Numbered from the stretch's first letter, positions 52,233 through 63,381 are shown. The stretch: 64,000 nucleotides of DNA from Bilabrum cf. latius (GCA_965178125.1 OZ237735.1:558001-622000), one strand, 5' to 3'. Made by a program: numbers and translations. Notes: a model not told the origin generated them from the letters alone.

Positions 52233-52949
52233 AATGAATCGGGTTACTTTCTTCTGCACCCGCTTGGGCTTCAAATAGTCCTCCTGCGGTGTCTGGCTTG
52301 TTCGAACGGCGTGCTTGCGTCATGAAATTGCGGGCAATTTCAAACGGAGGAAGCGAATACAACATACCTTGTTGCTGTTCGCTTTACGCCACTGCTATTC
52401 AGCATACGCAGCAAGGTCCTCAACAGATGCGTAGTCGATCCCGGCGAAGGTTGACCGAACAACTTGTCGACTGCGAGGCCAAGGTCAGATGGATCTGCAA
52501 AAATGCAGCAGTTGCAATCGAGAGGCTGAAACATTAATTTCGACTGAATGCTACAAATCTCACATTATCGCCATGACTTGCTCTCGCTCCTCCGCTGTAA
52601 CTTGCATCGTATCCATTTCGCCAAATGTCTTAGCAACCGCAAAGAAAGATCAGTTGAACGAAAGAAAACAGATAACTGTACAGGCTGGACCTACTCTAAA
52701 CGCTGCACGGGCGCTGAGTTGTGGAAACGAGCCCAAGGTGGCTTTGCGGCTTCGTTTTGGCCAGGCGGTTCATGAAGGTTCGATCTCGGCCACAATTTCG
52801 GCTGCAATCGTTGGGTGGCAATTTGCATGAATCTTGACTTAAGTAGTATGTTTTGTTGATATCAACAAGCCGCTACAACTCCACACGATCTGGTCCGAGC
52901 TCCTTTGTTCCTACCGTGGCATTCAGCACACCCCTCGCTACCTGTGCTC

Positions 52950-54680
52950 TCAAGCCCGCGTGTCCAGCCCGAGCAATTCACTCAAGGCCGTGAAATGCCT
53001 CGTGGCAGACCTTCTCTGCTCGGCGTCCGCATCACAGCCAGTCGCCGCAACAACAGCCCCGCGCAGATCCAGCCTCTCAAGGGAATGCCCAGCCAGCCGC
53101 CCCAGCTCGGCAACCCCCGCCACTGACACGGCTGTGCTGCTGAGCCCCCGGCCGCCTGTGTCAGTGGCGGCTCGGGCCCGGGCCCGCCTGCTCAATCCCT
53201 GCCCGAGTCGCCGCCTGCTGCTTGCGACCAGTTCCCTAATCCCAGGGAACAGTGTCCCGATGCGGACAAGCACGTCGTCGCTGATTCCCCGGCACCCCCC
53301 TAGGGCGAGCCTGCCCACCCGCACCTATGGGCTTGAGGAGGAGGAGGAGGGTGTGACGAGTGAGGTCTCGACCGTCTCGTTGAGGGCTGCGACCAATTTG
53401 CCTACTCGTTCCACCACCTCTGGTGCTCGCACCTGGGGGCAGCTGCTCAGCGAGACGCCCAGCTCAACTATTCCCACCCTCGCTTTGCTCCCCCATCCTC
53501 CATCGTGCAGTGCACCCATAGCCCCCGCTTCCGTTTCAACGCTGCTGCAGCAGCTGATACAATCATCATCGCTCCGCACCGAAGACTCACCAGACGAATC
53601 CGCCGAAGGACTGCACGCCGCAATTCCGCAGCAACTCGCGCTTGGCCCGGCGGCCCCGGCGCCCACCTTTGCAGGCAGCTCCACGGCTCCAAAACAGGCA
53701 TCAAGCAGCGTTAGTGCCCCCGTTGTGGACAGCAGCGGCAGTCGATCCGCCCGCAGCACGCGGACAGATGCACCAGGGGCTGCTGGGTCGCTGGCCCTTG
53801 AAGCGCGGACGGAAGCGGCGACCAACTCTGCCCCCGCGTCGTCCAGCATTGCACACCCCGACAGATTCAGTGTTCCAAGTGACCGTCCGGCCTGAGACAC
53901 GGCATCGATGGCCGAAGCTATGTCTTCCGGCGACGCTCGCTTGCTGCCCGAAATGTCCACTACAGCGGCACTAGTAGCAGGAACCCGAAGAAAATGATTC
54001 TATTCTGCGGCTAGCCTCATGCTACCGGTATGAAAGGCAATGTCTAGTGATGCAGTCGAAGCTCGTGACCGGCCGTCAAGCGTGGAAGCGCCAGAGACGC
54101 GCGCTGCTGCGGCAGCCGGCTAGGCTGCGGTGCTCTACAAAGAGCTGCCAGAAGCATCCTGCAGGGTTGCCACAGACGGCAAAGACGGGGGAATGACATC
54201 TTTTGTCACTTCCGACTGCATTCCATGTGCCTGCTTTCGATTGATAGCTGATGACCAAAGGATTCGTGCCTGCAATCTATCGCGGGTTGAGAACGATCTC
54301 GAAAGGGAAGCAAGATCGCGAGCAGGAGATGTTGACCGCCAGCTTCCACTTATGTCGAACTTGAGTAGCAAATCTGCACCATCTGCCGCGGTTGAAACTG
54401 CTGTTCGCGACTTCAGGGCGCTTGGGAGCGTGACGTCAGGCTGTCTCGAGGCTCCCGAGCCCTTCATCGCAGCACAGCAACCATGGGAGGCAGCACGCAG
54501 GCTCCGCAGGTCCTCTTCAGTTAGAAACGATATCAGAGGGGTCGCGCAATGGGCCCACCGCACACGGTGCTTCCCGATCGACCACGCGCTCGGGTGCATG
54601 CAAGCATCGTCAGCACCCCCATCAGAGCTCGCATCCATTCGCCGTCCTAGCGGTACATTCGCCAAATCTCCCGTTTCCAT
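52950..54680 (-). CDS. F-box/LRR-like protein
   Basis: Three track ORFs joined through TAGs; LISFLTEEDLRSLRAASH (F-box-like); Cys-containing LRRs LNLSGCAMLDD, LSSCPQV, LGGCRGISDD; TGA at 52950. Confidence 0.6.
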
Positions 54681-54978
54681 TGTATTTGATTATGCAATTC
54701 GCACCCGTTCAGGACCAACAACAGCAACTACGTGTGATTTGGTGTGGCTGTAGGGGGCTCGCCACGGGCGGATGAAACGCAGCGAGCCTTCGGTAAACGC
54801 AAATCGAACCTTTTCGTTGGGTTCGTTGGTTGCAACCACAGGGTAGCGTGCACCTTGCAAGAAATCACAGTTGGGCCCACTGGCCGCTCCAAGAGCAGTC
54901 TGAACGCCTAGTTGCCAAGATTAGCGCAAGCTTTGGCAATATTTTGTATTCGTAGTGATGTTCAATCCCATCTGACCT

Positions 54979-56613
54979 ATGTCTGACAGAAGATCAGGGA
55001 CAGCAGCAGTGGACGCCTCGCATGACGGCTCTGCGCCCAGTGAGATTAGTGTTATTTTGCAATTGAAGCAGCAAAGTACGAGTTGAGCGATCCATGCAGA
55101 TATGTACTAGTGTTATTGATCGGTTGGTACCGGCTCGTGCGGACCATGAACCTATTGGCCGACTAATCCCATGATTGTATCTACGCGACCACATCGCAAT
55201 TTTGCGCAGCCGCTGCCGCCGGGGAGGGCCGAGGAATAGAGATTCGAAACGTCTGGGATGAGAACCTAGAAGACGAATTCGCAGAGATTGAAGCGCTTAT
55301 AACAAGATTTCCCTTCATAGGTCTTGACACGGAGTTTCCAGGCGTTGCGGTTCGACCTGTCCGCCCTGCGCCATCCAAGGAAGCGTTCCATTACGCCACT
55401 CTGAAGCTCAATGCCGACATGCTGAAACTGATTTAGCTTGGAATTGTTCTGTGCGATAAGGACGGGAACATGCCCGAAGGCAATCCAGTTTGGCAGTTCA
55501 ACTTTCGGTTTAGCAAAGCGTGAGATTGAATCGTACATGCTCTGCCCCGGCCACAGCTAATTGCATCGCTGCGCTCTTGGAGTGCTGCTGTCGCTTCTGC
55601 ACTGGCCCCGCCACTTTGCTGCAATCCCAAGGCCTCATGTCATGCCGGAGCCTGATTGCTTTCGTCGCAGTGAGGACGTGCACGCCCCGGCCTCCATCGC
55701 ACTGCTGGAGAAAGCAGGCTTGGATCTCGAATCCCATGCGATCGCTGGGATTGACCCGTTCCGTTTTGCGGAGCTATTTGTGACAAGCGGACTCGTGCTG
55801 ATGCCCGATGTGCGATGGATCACGTTCCATGCTGGCTACGACCTCGCCTACATGCTGAGACTGCTGACGCAGAAGGAGCTCCCCAGCGACGTAGCCGGCT
55901 TTTTACAGCTCTGCAGAACGTACTTTCCCCAGATGATAGACTTGAAGTTCGCCCTGAGGCACAGTGACGAGCTGCACGGCGGGCTGGCCCGCGTCGCCAA
56001 GGCGCTGGGAGTCGAGCGGAAGGGCACCGCGCACCAGGCCGGCAGCGACGGTCTCATGACGGCGCAGGCGTTCTTTGCTCTAGTAAACAGGTGCGAAGCG
56101 GCAGAGCGGACCGCTGGTGGCAGCGGGAAGCGCGGCGGGAAGGTGGGCCCTGTGAGCAGCGGGGTCTTTGAGGGCCTAAAGGCATTCAGGGAGGGAGCAG
56201 CGGCCGCCCCCGGGGTTGTTCCCCAGGGGGGATCCGCCGGGGGGGCTGCTGCTGGTGGGGCCTCGTCAGGCAGAGCAACGGGCGGGGCCGCGTCTGCCTC
56301 GCGGTCGACGGGCGGGGGGGCGGGGGCGGCTTCGGCTGCCTAGCACGTGTGCGGGTGGACGTACGGTCTGGTCTCCGACGGCGACATGGAGAGGACGAGC
56401 GCATCGATGTCTGCCTCGCTCGCCAGGGAACAGCGCACCCTCGAGCAGCAGAGGCAGCAGAAGCGGTTGCAGGAGGAGAGGGAGGCCAGCGGCAGGCCGA
56501 GCTAGAGGCCGGGTGGAGGAGGCCACGGGTTCGGGGGCGGCGGGGGAGGCAAGTTCGGGGGCGGCGGGGGCTCGGGTGGCCGCGCGACCGGGGGTTGGCG
56601 CTCGCGCGGCTGA
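54979..56613 (+). CDS. CAF1: CAF1/POP2 (CNOT7/8) deadenylase, three exons
   Basis: IRNVWDENL, GLDTEFPG, LKLI*LG, WQFNF, SGLVL..WITFHAGYD, HQAGSDG; the C-terminal motif CGWTYGL lies downstream of TAG 56341; TGA at 56611. Confidence 0.93.
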
Positions 56614-56889
56614 GTGCAGGCCGTCGGCGGGTGGGTGGTATCATTGACCAGCCGCGTGCGAGCTGCAGTTTGCCTCGAGCTGTGCTCGATGGGACTGCGC
56701 GCATACAGCTGATCAAGCGCCTGCCCGAGCCCGATGCGCGCTTACCTTGCAAAGTACACATTTTCCGAATCATTCATTTGGCTGTCACTATCACTACACT
56801 AGCGTCGCATGCAGCCATGTCCGCAAGCACAGTCAGATCTATGCGTTCCAATGTGCACAAGGTCACCACAAGCGGCAAGCTTTGTCGAA

Positions 56890-58356
56890 TCACCGCTTCC
56901 CTTTTCTGCCCTTTTTCTTGCCCTTCACTTTCTTCTGGCTTTGTTGCTGGCTAACCACCTCCCTGCGTGACGAACCTCCCGCAGACTGCCCCCCGACGGG
57001 GGACCCAGTTGACCGGCTCGTGTCCTCAGCCGCCCCCGCACTCCGTTCCACCGGGCTCGACAGGCCAGCGACCATGCGCCGCAGCTCCACGGCACTTGCG
57101 CCCTTGCGCGCCCGCGCACCCGGGACACTCCCCGGTGAGCTGGATGGCGACCCCCGCGTTGGGGTCCGTCCAAGTGGTGACCCCCGAAGTGGGGTGAGAG
57201 CGGGAGTCGAGCGGCCCCCCCCGTCCCCACCGGGGGACCTAGCCCCACGGCTGGCTGGGCCAGAGCCAATCGAGTGATCAGGTTCTGAGGAGCCAGCAGC
57301 ACCAGCAGCTGCAACAGTGGGGGTGAATCCGGGCGTGGGGGGCCCGTCAGCCATCGGTGACATGGCCCCGGGTACAGAGGCCGAGGAGCCAGCAGCCGGC
57401 GGAGGCGGCTCACCTCTTGCCACCAGTGAGGCGGCCCCGTCACCGCCACCTGCACCTGCACCTGCCGTGCCCGAGGCACGCGTGGCAGCAGGCGGGAGAG
57501 AGGGCATCGTAAGAAGCCCTGATAACACTGGTAACCTCAATTCGGGACCACTCGTCGAGCCGCCAGGCCCCGAGACGCCCGCGAGACGAGCCAGTGCATC
57601 CAGCTCCCTTAGCGCCTGGTGGAATGCCGGCCTCCTATGGGCGGAGCACAGGCGCCATGAAAGAGCGAGCGTCTCCCGCTCGACTCTACCGAGGGATCCA
57701 ACTGTGGACTCCGCGATCTTTCGGGCGGGTGCATCCGGAGAATCTCTGGACGGCAGCCACCAGCGACTCCCTAGCTCCGTCCTTCGAGAGAGGCGGTCTG
57801 CTGGTACCCACGGCAGCGCCGATTGCATCGATTGCTTGATGGCTGACTGTACTTGCAGCAGTGGTCTGCAGCCAGTTGGCCGCTCAAGCAGCAAATTTCC
57901 TGCCAAAGAGGGACTGCAGGCAGGTGCAGTGACTGGGCGTGCGATGCGCTGCCAAGCATCGAGCCCGACGGGCGCGCATGCGGCTGCTGTGTTCACACCT
58001 AGAATGGCAATCGTAGCGAACACAGCTTGCTTTGTTGCAAGATCGTCAAGTAAAGTCTTTGCTACGGCTGATGCGCAGCTTTCAGTCGCAATTCCTAGCG
58101 GTTTGCTTGCCTCCAGTGCTCCGTCGACAGATTCGGACAAACCCTAAAGTACGGAGCTGATTGCGTTCACGTACTCGACCAATGCATCATATAGTCTATC
58201 AAGTCTTTCTTCAGCGCATACTACGGTTTGATTAAGCTTGGCTGGCTCAGCATAGGTGATTGCCGCAATCTCGGAAAGTGCAAGAGTGGCTATATCTACA
58301 CCTGCTCCGGAAACGAAACGCAGAGCTTCTATCAGGGCAGCCCTTGCTCGCGCCAT
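56890..58356 (-). CDS. Hypothetical protein with low-complexity C-terminus and basic tail
   Basis: Two track ORFs joined through TAG at 58144; TGA at 56890. Confidence 0.55.
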
Positions 58357-58569
58357 TATTCATGCATCGCATCCAAATGCTGTAGGCATCACAAATCGAT
58401 GAGAAGTAGTGATGATGAGGCTGCAGGAGCAGTCTCATCATGAGGCTTCTTCCGGTGTTCATCAACAAAGCCGGGGTGTTGGGAGCCAGAGCGTGATACT
58501 GGAGGCGGGAGCCAGTATGTTTTCCTGGTTGTTTTAAACCCGTAATACTTGCAGTACCACGGTGATGCC

Positions 58570-59343
58570 ATGAGCAAGAAGCCAACGAACGAAGAACAGG
58601 ATGCGATTAAGGAATGGAATGCTAGCGTATCTGAATCTACCAAGTACAAGAAGAAGCCATTTCCATGGTCTGCGGCTGCAATTGCAATAAGCGTGCCTCT
58701 GGCTGTAGGGGTAGCGGTAGTCCCGTTCATAGTAATCCCCTGGCTTCCAAAAGCATAGTATGGTGGCTTACCGTTCATGGCCACGAGTCCCAGGCGCGTT
58801 TAGATGATGCTCGAATGGATATCTATGGCCAGGTCTCAGTCAACATCGACCCATCTTGGTGCTGGCGTCAAGGGTGTTGCCGGAACCAAGCGAAGCGTAG
58901 CTGGATTGCGCTTGTCGGACCTAGGCAGCGGCGACGGCGAGGTGGTCGTGCAAGCAGCTCGTGCGGGCATGGTTGCCACAGGGTACGAGCTGAACCCAAG
59001 CCTGGTAGCCATTTCTCGTTTACGATGGTTGCTTGCCCGGGCATCCGCAGAGAAGGGTGGCAGCGCTCGCTTCGTGATAGGGAACCTGCTCGAGGCTGCG
59101 ATTGGAGATGAGGACGTCATCATGGTCTTCGGAGTACCGCCGCTCATGCCCCTGGTGGCTAAGAAGCTGGAACAAGAGGCCAAGGCTGGCGCACTGGTGT
59201 TCTGCCATCGGTTCCCACTGCCTGGATGGACAGCGGTGCAGGAGGGAGACGGCTGCCTGCTCTACAGAGTGCCTCTCGACCCTAGCAGCAGCGAGGAGGC
59301 TGATGCAGGCAAGCAGGAAGAACAGACAGAGGGGAGGCGCTGA
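58570..59343 (+). CDS. FAM173 (ATPSCKMT/ANTKMT)-like mitochondrial lysine methyltransferase
   Basis: N-terminal TM, LPFMATS, DLGSGDGEVV, GYELNP, VFGVPPLM, CHRFPLPGW; TAG at 58756 and 58801; TGA stop. Confidence 0.85.
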
Positions 59344-59480
59344 TTCATCCTATTTTCGGCGCTTAAAGTCTTCACAAGAGCAGTGTCCCGTACGCTCGCA
59401 TTAAATCGGATTCAATACCAAAATGCACGTTTTATTGCATAGGACCCAGGCAAAATCCACAAAACTACCCCGCTTTCGCC

Positions 59481-60839
59481 ATGGCGGACCGTGCTGCCGC
59501 GAATTTTGGAACAGAAAGAGATAGGTAAGAGATATTCGTTTCATTTCTCCTCATTTCCATTTCATTTTGTTGGAATTGTGCTCTAGGCAATGCTCGCTAT
59601 TTCGGCTTGCGCAGGATGAATTGCCCGTACTGGATCAAGATGGGGGCCTGCAGACACGGCGAGACCTGCAACCGCAGGCATGACAAGCCTATCGTCAGCC
59701 ACACGCTCTTGTTGCCTCACATCTACCAGAATCCGAAGGCTGCCATCCGGGCGTCCGGCCGCCGCCCGGAGGACGCCAAGCAGGACAAAATTCGTGACGA
59801 GTTTGAGCACATGTATGAGGATGTATTTACGGAGCTCGGCAAGTATGGCGAGGTGGAAGAGCTCATGGTGGCCGATAACCTGAACGACCACATGGTCGGT
59901 GAGACTACTGCACTCTGTTCCTGGATATCAACAGCCCCTTGATGAAGCCTATCTCGCATCGCTTGCGCTTTGTATTGTGCTTTACTCGCAGGTCATGCTT
60001 ATGTGAAGTACTTCCGCGAAGAGGATGCGATTAAGGCTAGAGATGGGCTTTCCGGCCGTTTCTACGCCGGTAGGCCGATCAACCCAGAGCTCTCTCCCGC
60101 CCAGAGCTTTGCCAGGGCGCGCTGCAGGCAGTATGATCAAGGGCGATGCAACTACGGCTGGATCTGCAATATGGTACACGCGGTGGACGTAGCACCGGGC
60201 CTGGTTCGATTCCTGGACCGCAAGCAGCCGGCCTACGGTAAGAACCCGAGGGGTGGAAGCGGCGCCCGCATGGGCGGAGGGGACAGGGGCAGCGGAGGCG
60301 GGTTTCACCGAGGGGGAGGCAGGGACTGGCGAAGGGACGGAGGCGGCGACCGTGGGGGCGGTGGGTACGATCGGGGAGGCGGGGGCGGGTACGGGCGTGG
60401 GGGCGGGGGCGGGTACGGGCGTGACGACCGAGGCGGGGGCGGGGGTTACGGCCGTGGCGGTGGGGGATACGGCAGGTACGACGACCGCAGGGGCGGCGGG
60501 GACGCCGGTGGCAGGGACTTCCGCCGCGATCTCGACGATCGAAGCCGCAGCGGGGGGGGGTATGGGGGTGGAGGCAGCGGCGGGGGGTACGGTGGGTACA
60601 GCCGGGGGTCCGGCGCACCCACGGGGTACGGCGACAGGGGCAGGGGTGTCCCCGCTGGACCGCGAGATGCCGTGGCGTCGAGTGGGAGCGGTGCCGGGTA
60701 CGGAGGCGCGGCTGGTGCATCCCCATTAAGCTCGGGCCCGCCTCCGGAGAGGTCTTTCGGCGCTGTGGGCGGCAGCTACGGGATGCCTAGAGGTGGGGGG
60801 CCTCCTCCTGCGGGGGGAGGGTACGGTGGAGGACGCTGA
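59481..60839 (+). CDS. U2AF1: Splicing factor U2AF small subunit with RGG-rich tail, three exons
   Basis: FGTERDR|MNCPYWIKMGACRHG, YEDVFTELGKYGEVEE, DNLNDHMVG, GRFYAGRP..ELSP, CRQY; TGA stop. Confidence 0.93.
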
Positions 60840-60975
60840 GGGGTCGGCTGCATTCTGTGCGGAGGAATATTCAAATCAAAAGTCTTGGCAAAATCTGGCA
60901 AGTGCCGGTCAAGCACTCGTAGGGAGTAAACATAGCACACAAAATGCAGACGCTAGCAGTGATCGCAGTGGCTCC

Positions 60976-61113
60976 TTACCCGCTCCTCACCGCGGCCAGT
61001 TCCTTGGCTTTGGCGTGCAGGCGCTTCCTCACGCCAAGGGACAAGCCCGCCACACTGGCGAGTTCCTCAGGCGTCAGAGCTGCCAGAATGGCTGCACTCC
61101 GAATGCCCTCCGC
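60976..61113 (-). CDS. 3' fragment of a host gene with a SAM-like C-terminus, cut off upstream by the virophage
   Basis: Host-like GC; translates AEGIRSAAILAALTPEELASVAGLSLGVRKRLHAKAKELAAVRSG-TAA, resembling the C-terminal helices of a SAM domain. Confidence 0.55.
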   Translation of the reverse strand, partial: AEGIRSAAILAALTPEELASVAGLSLGVRKRLHAKAKELAAVRSG

Positions 61114-61114
61114 C

Positions 61115-61183
61115 TGACGTAGTCCGAAAATAAAATAGGAATATAATGTCATTATATTCCTATTTTATTTTCGGACTACGTCA
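61115..61183. repeat. Perfect palindrome: 34-bp arms around a single central T
   Basis: tgacgtagtccgaaaataaaataggaatataatg-t-cattatattcctattttattttcggactacgtca; arms checked base by base. Confidence 0.95.
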
Positions 61184-61903
61184 CGCATGCTTCACTTTTT
61201 TAATGTGTCCATATATTCACTTTTATTTTTTTATTTATTTATATTTTTTTGTATAATTAAATTTTTTATAAAATAATAATTTTGTTGTAATATATTGAAT
61301 AATTATAATTCGTTACATGCTATACTTTTTATTTTTTTATAATATTTTCGCGGATTAAGATTAAATCAATTTATTGATTTTTATCAAAATTTATTTTTAT
61401 TCGATAGAATGAAAATAATTAAATTCGAAGAATTTAATTTATAAATGGATCATCAAATAATATTTATTATATTTCTATAATTTGTACAATTTGGCGGATG
61501 GCTCACATTTTAAAAAAAGTTCGCCAGAAAGCAGAAAATAAATTTATTTATTTTTTGTTTTCGTTTTTAAGAAATGGAAAAAGCATATTTATTTTATTAT
61601 GGGAATTTTTAAGGGGTTAATCATTAAAATATTTTATTGCTTTATTTATGGCTCTATAATTTGAGTTCATGCATTGGGTCGCTCTCTTCGTTCGCTTAAA
61701 AGTGATATAGTAATAAAAGTTAGAAATAATATTATAATAATTTATTTTAATTAATTTACTGAGAAAGACAATAAAATATTTTTTTTAAATTCTGTCACCA
61801 ATTGAAAAAGTAATACAGATAACTAATAATATTAAATATTAATATATTAATGGAATATAATAATATTTTCAGAATACTTGCCTATTATACTTTTTTTTAG
61901 AAG

Positions 61904-62016
61904 GGTGACAAAAGCGGTGACAAAACGTGATTTTCGAGGTCTCAGGAAATTTTTATTTTTAAAATCATATTTTCTGTAGAGTTCAGAATATTAATTTTGT
62001 CATCGGTTTTGTCATC
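61904..62016. repeat. Two 12-bp-period doublets in inverted orientation
   Basis: GGTGACAAAA at 61904 and 61916; TTTTGTCATC at 61995 and 62007; the 22-mers are 19/22 reverse-complementary. Confidence 0.75.
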
Positions 62017-62420
62017 AAAAAATTACAATTTATTAAAGGTGATGCTTAATTTTAAATTGGAGCTGTAATTTTGCATTTAACTCTTCGAATGTGTCATAAA
62101 CATATATTTGAGAGGGTAAAATAAAAATATAAAATCAGGAACAAATCGCGACAAATTATATATTTTCTGAATTGTCACGAGCTGGAGAACACAAAAATCA
62201 TATTTATAAGTTACGTGCATTTTTATTTTAAAAGTTAAAAATTAAAAGCTATATAGATACACACTCAAAAGCATGTAGATATATATAAAACAATGTCTGG
62301 CTAACATGAACAACTCAAAAACAATTGACACATACACTCCAAGGCTATTAAATCCCTATATCGTATCTATATAATTATACACAAGAAAAAAAAAAGCGAA
62401 AATAAAAACTATATATTTTT

Positions 62421-62424
62421 TCTA
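62421..62424 (+). promoter_or_regulatory. TCTA late-promoter motif (CroV/mavirus type) upstream of penton
   Basis: TTTTTTCTAA in AT-rich context, 13 nt before ATG 62438. Confidence 0.75.
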
Positions 62425-62437
62425 ACTATATAATATT

Positions 62438-63328
62438 ATGAGTCGTAATATTTATTTAACTGGACAATCCAGTGGAGCAAATGGGGCAGCTTCAATTGCT
62501 CGTGTAAATGTAAATAGACAAACAGATATTATAAGTGATACTACGGGATGGTTAATTTCAGTAGAACGCTTAATTATGAATAAAATTCTTCTACCCTTAT
62601 TTGATCCAAACGCAAATAAACCCACTATATCATTTCAAAATATTAGTTCTGGTGTCGTAACTTCTGAGGTTGTTGATTTTTCGGCATTTGATGACCAAGA
62701 CGGATATATTTATGATTATAGAGATGTCGCCTCGGCAATATCAAATACATTTAGTTCTTTATGTTCAACTTTAAGTATTGCAGATGTTCCCATAATGACA
62801 TTTAATGTATCAACAAATAAATTTGAAATTGTTTCGGTTGGTGCTTTTAGATCTGCTTGGAAAATTGGATTTAATAATGATCTATTTACTTACATGCCAT
62901 CTTTTAATTATGAATCTGTTTTATCATCTCCTTATTATATTGAACTGGCAGAAGACAGAGAAACACAATATACAAGCACACTTGAGCTTATGTCCCCTGT
63001 TTCTAGAATTGTAATTAAATCGAATCTACCAACTGAAAACGAACTTTTACCTCCCCCAATTAACCAATCTGATGCAATCGCTGGATCTTCAGACAGTGCG
63101 GGTTTTCTAGTCGACTTTGATGTCCAACAGTCGAATAATCAGTCTGTTTCACTTATAAAATATAGTGCAAGAGATACTGACCATATATGGCACAATTTTA
63201 AAGAGTCTAGAAATATTAATTCATTCTATCTAGATTTTTATTGGTTTGACTATAATAATGTTGGTCATCCAATCGCATTAAATAAAAATTCACAAATTGA
63301 TATAAAATTATATTTTGTACAACAATAA
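62438..63328 (+). CDS. Virophage minor capsid protein (penton, mavirus MV17-like), 296 aa
   Basis: KILLPLF, VDFSAFDDQDGYIYDY.DV, KFEI, ETQ..STLE..SP.S.IVI, ELLP, DY.N..HP; matches the mavirus penton as I recall it; ends TAA-TAA. Confidence 0.88.
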   Translation: MSRNIYLTGQSSGANGAASIARVNVNRQTDIISDTTGWLISVERLIMNKILLPLFDPNANKPTISFQNISSGVVTSEVVDFSAFDDQDGYIYDYRDVASAISNTFSSLCSTLSIADVPIMTFNVSTNKFEIVSVGAFRSAWKIGFNNDLFTYMPSFNYESVLSSPYYIELAEDRETQYTSTLELMSPVSRIVIKSNLPTENELLPPPINQSDAIAGSSDSAGFLVDFDVQQSNNQSVSLIKYSARDTDHIWHNFKESRNINSFYLDFYWFDYNNVGHPIALNKNSQIDIKLYFVQQ

Positions 63329-63381
63329 TAAAAATAATATAAGTTTTAATAATCAATTAGACAAAAATATAATAATTTTTT

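Noticed and set aside
459-59343. Mass pseudogenisation or C-to-T hypermutation as the source of the stops
   Set aside because: Only TAG occurs, never TAA from CAA or TGA from CGA; essential genes keep frame and catalytic motifs.
459-59343. UAG as pyrrolysine, Leu, Glu or Lys, or removed by small introns
   Set aside because: Aligned conserved positions are mostly Gln and lie inside gap-free motifs without splice signals.
797-60729. The many overlapping antisense and alternate-frame ORFs in the track (e.g. 3614-4831, 10758-11621, 34537-35496, 52960-53895)
   Set aside because: Shadow ORFs of GC-rich coding sequence with no recognisable motifs.
61184-62437. AT-rich block as organellar DNA, a centromere or a hidden gene
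   Set aside because: No ORF of 60 aa or RNA gene seen; adjacent capsid genes explain it as a viral terminal region.
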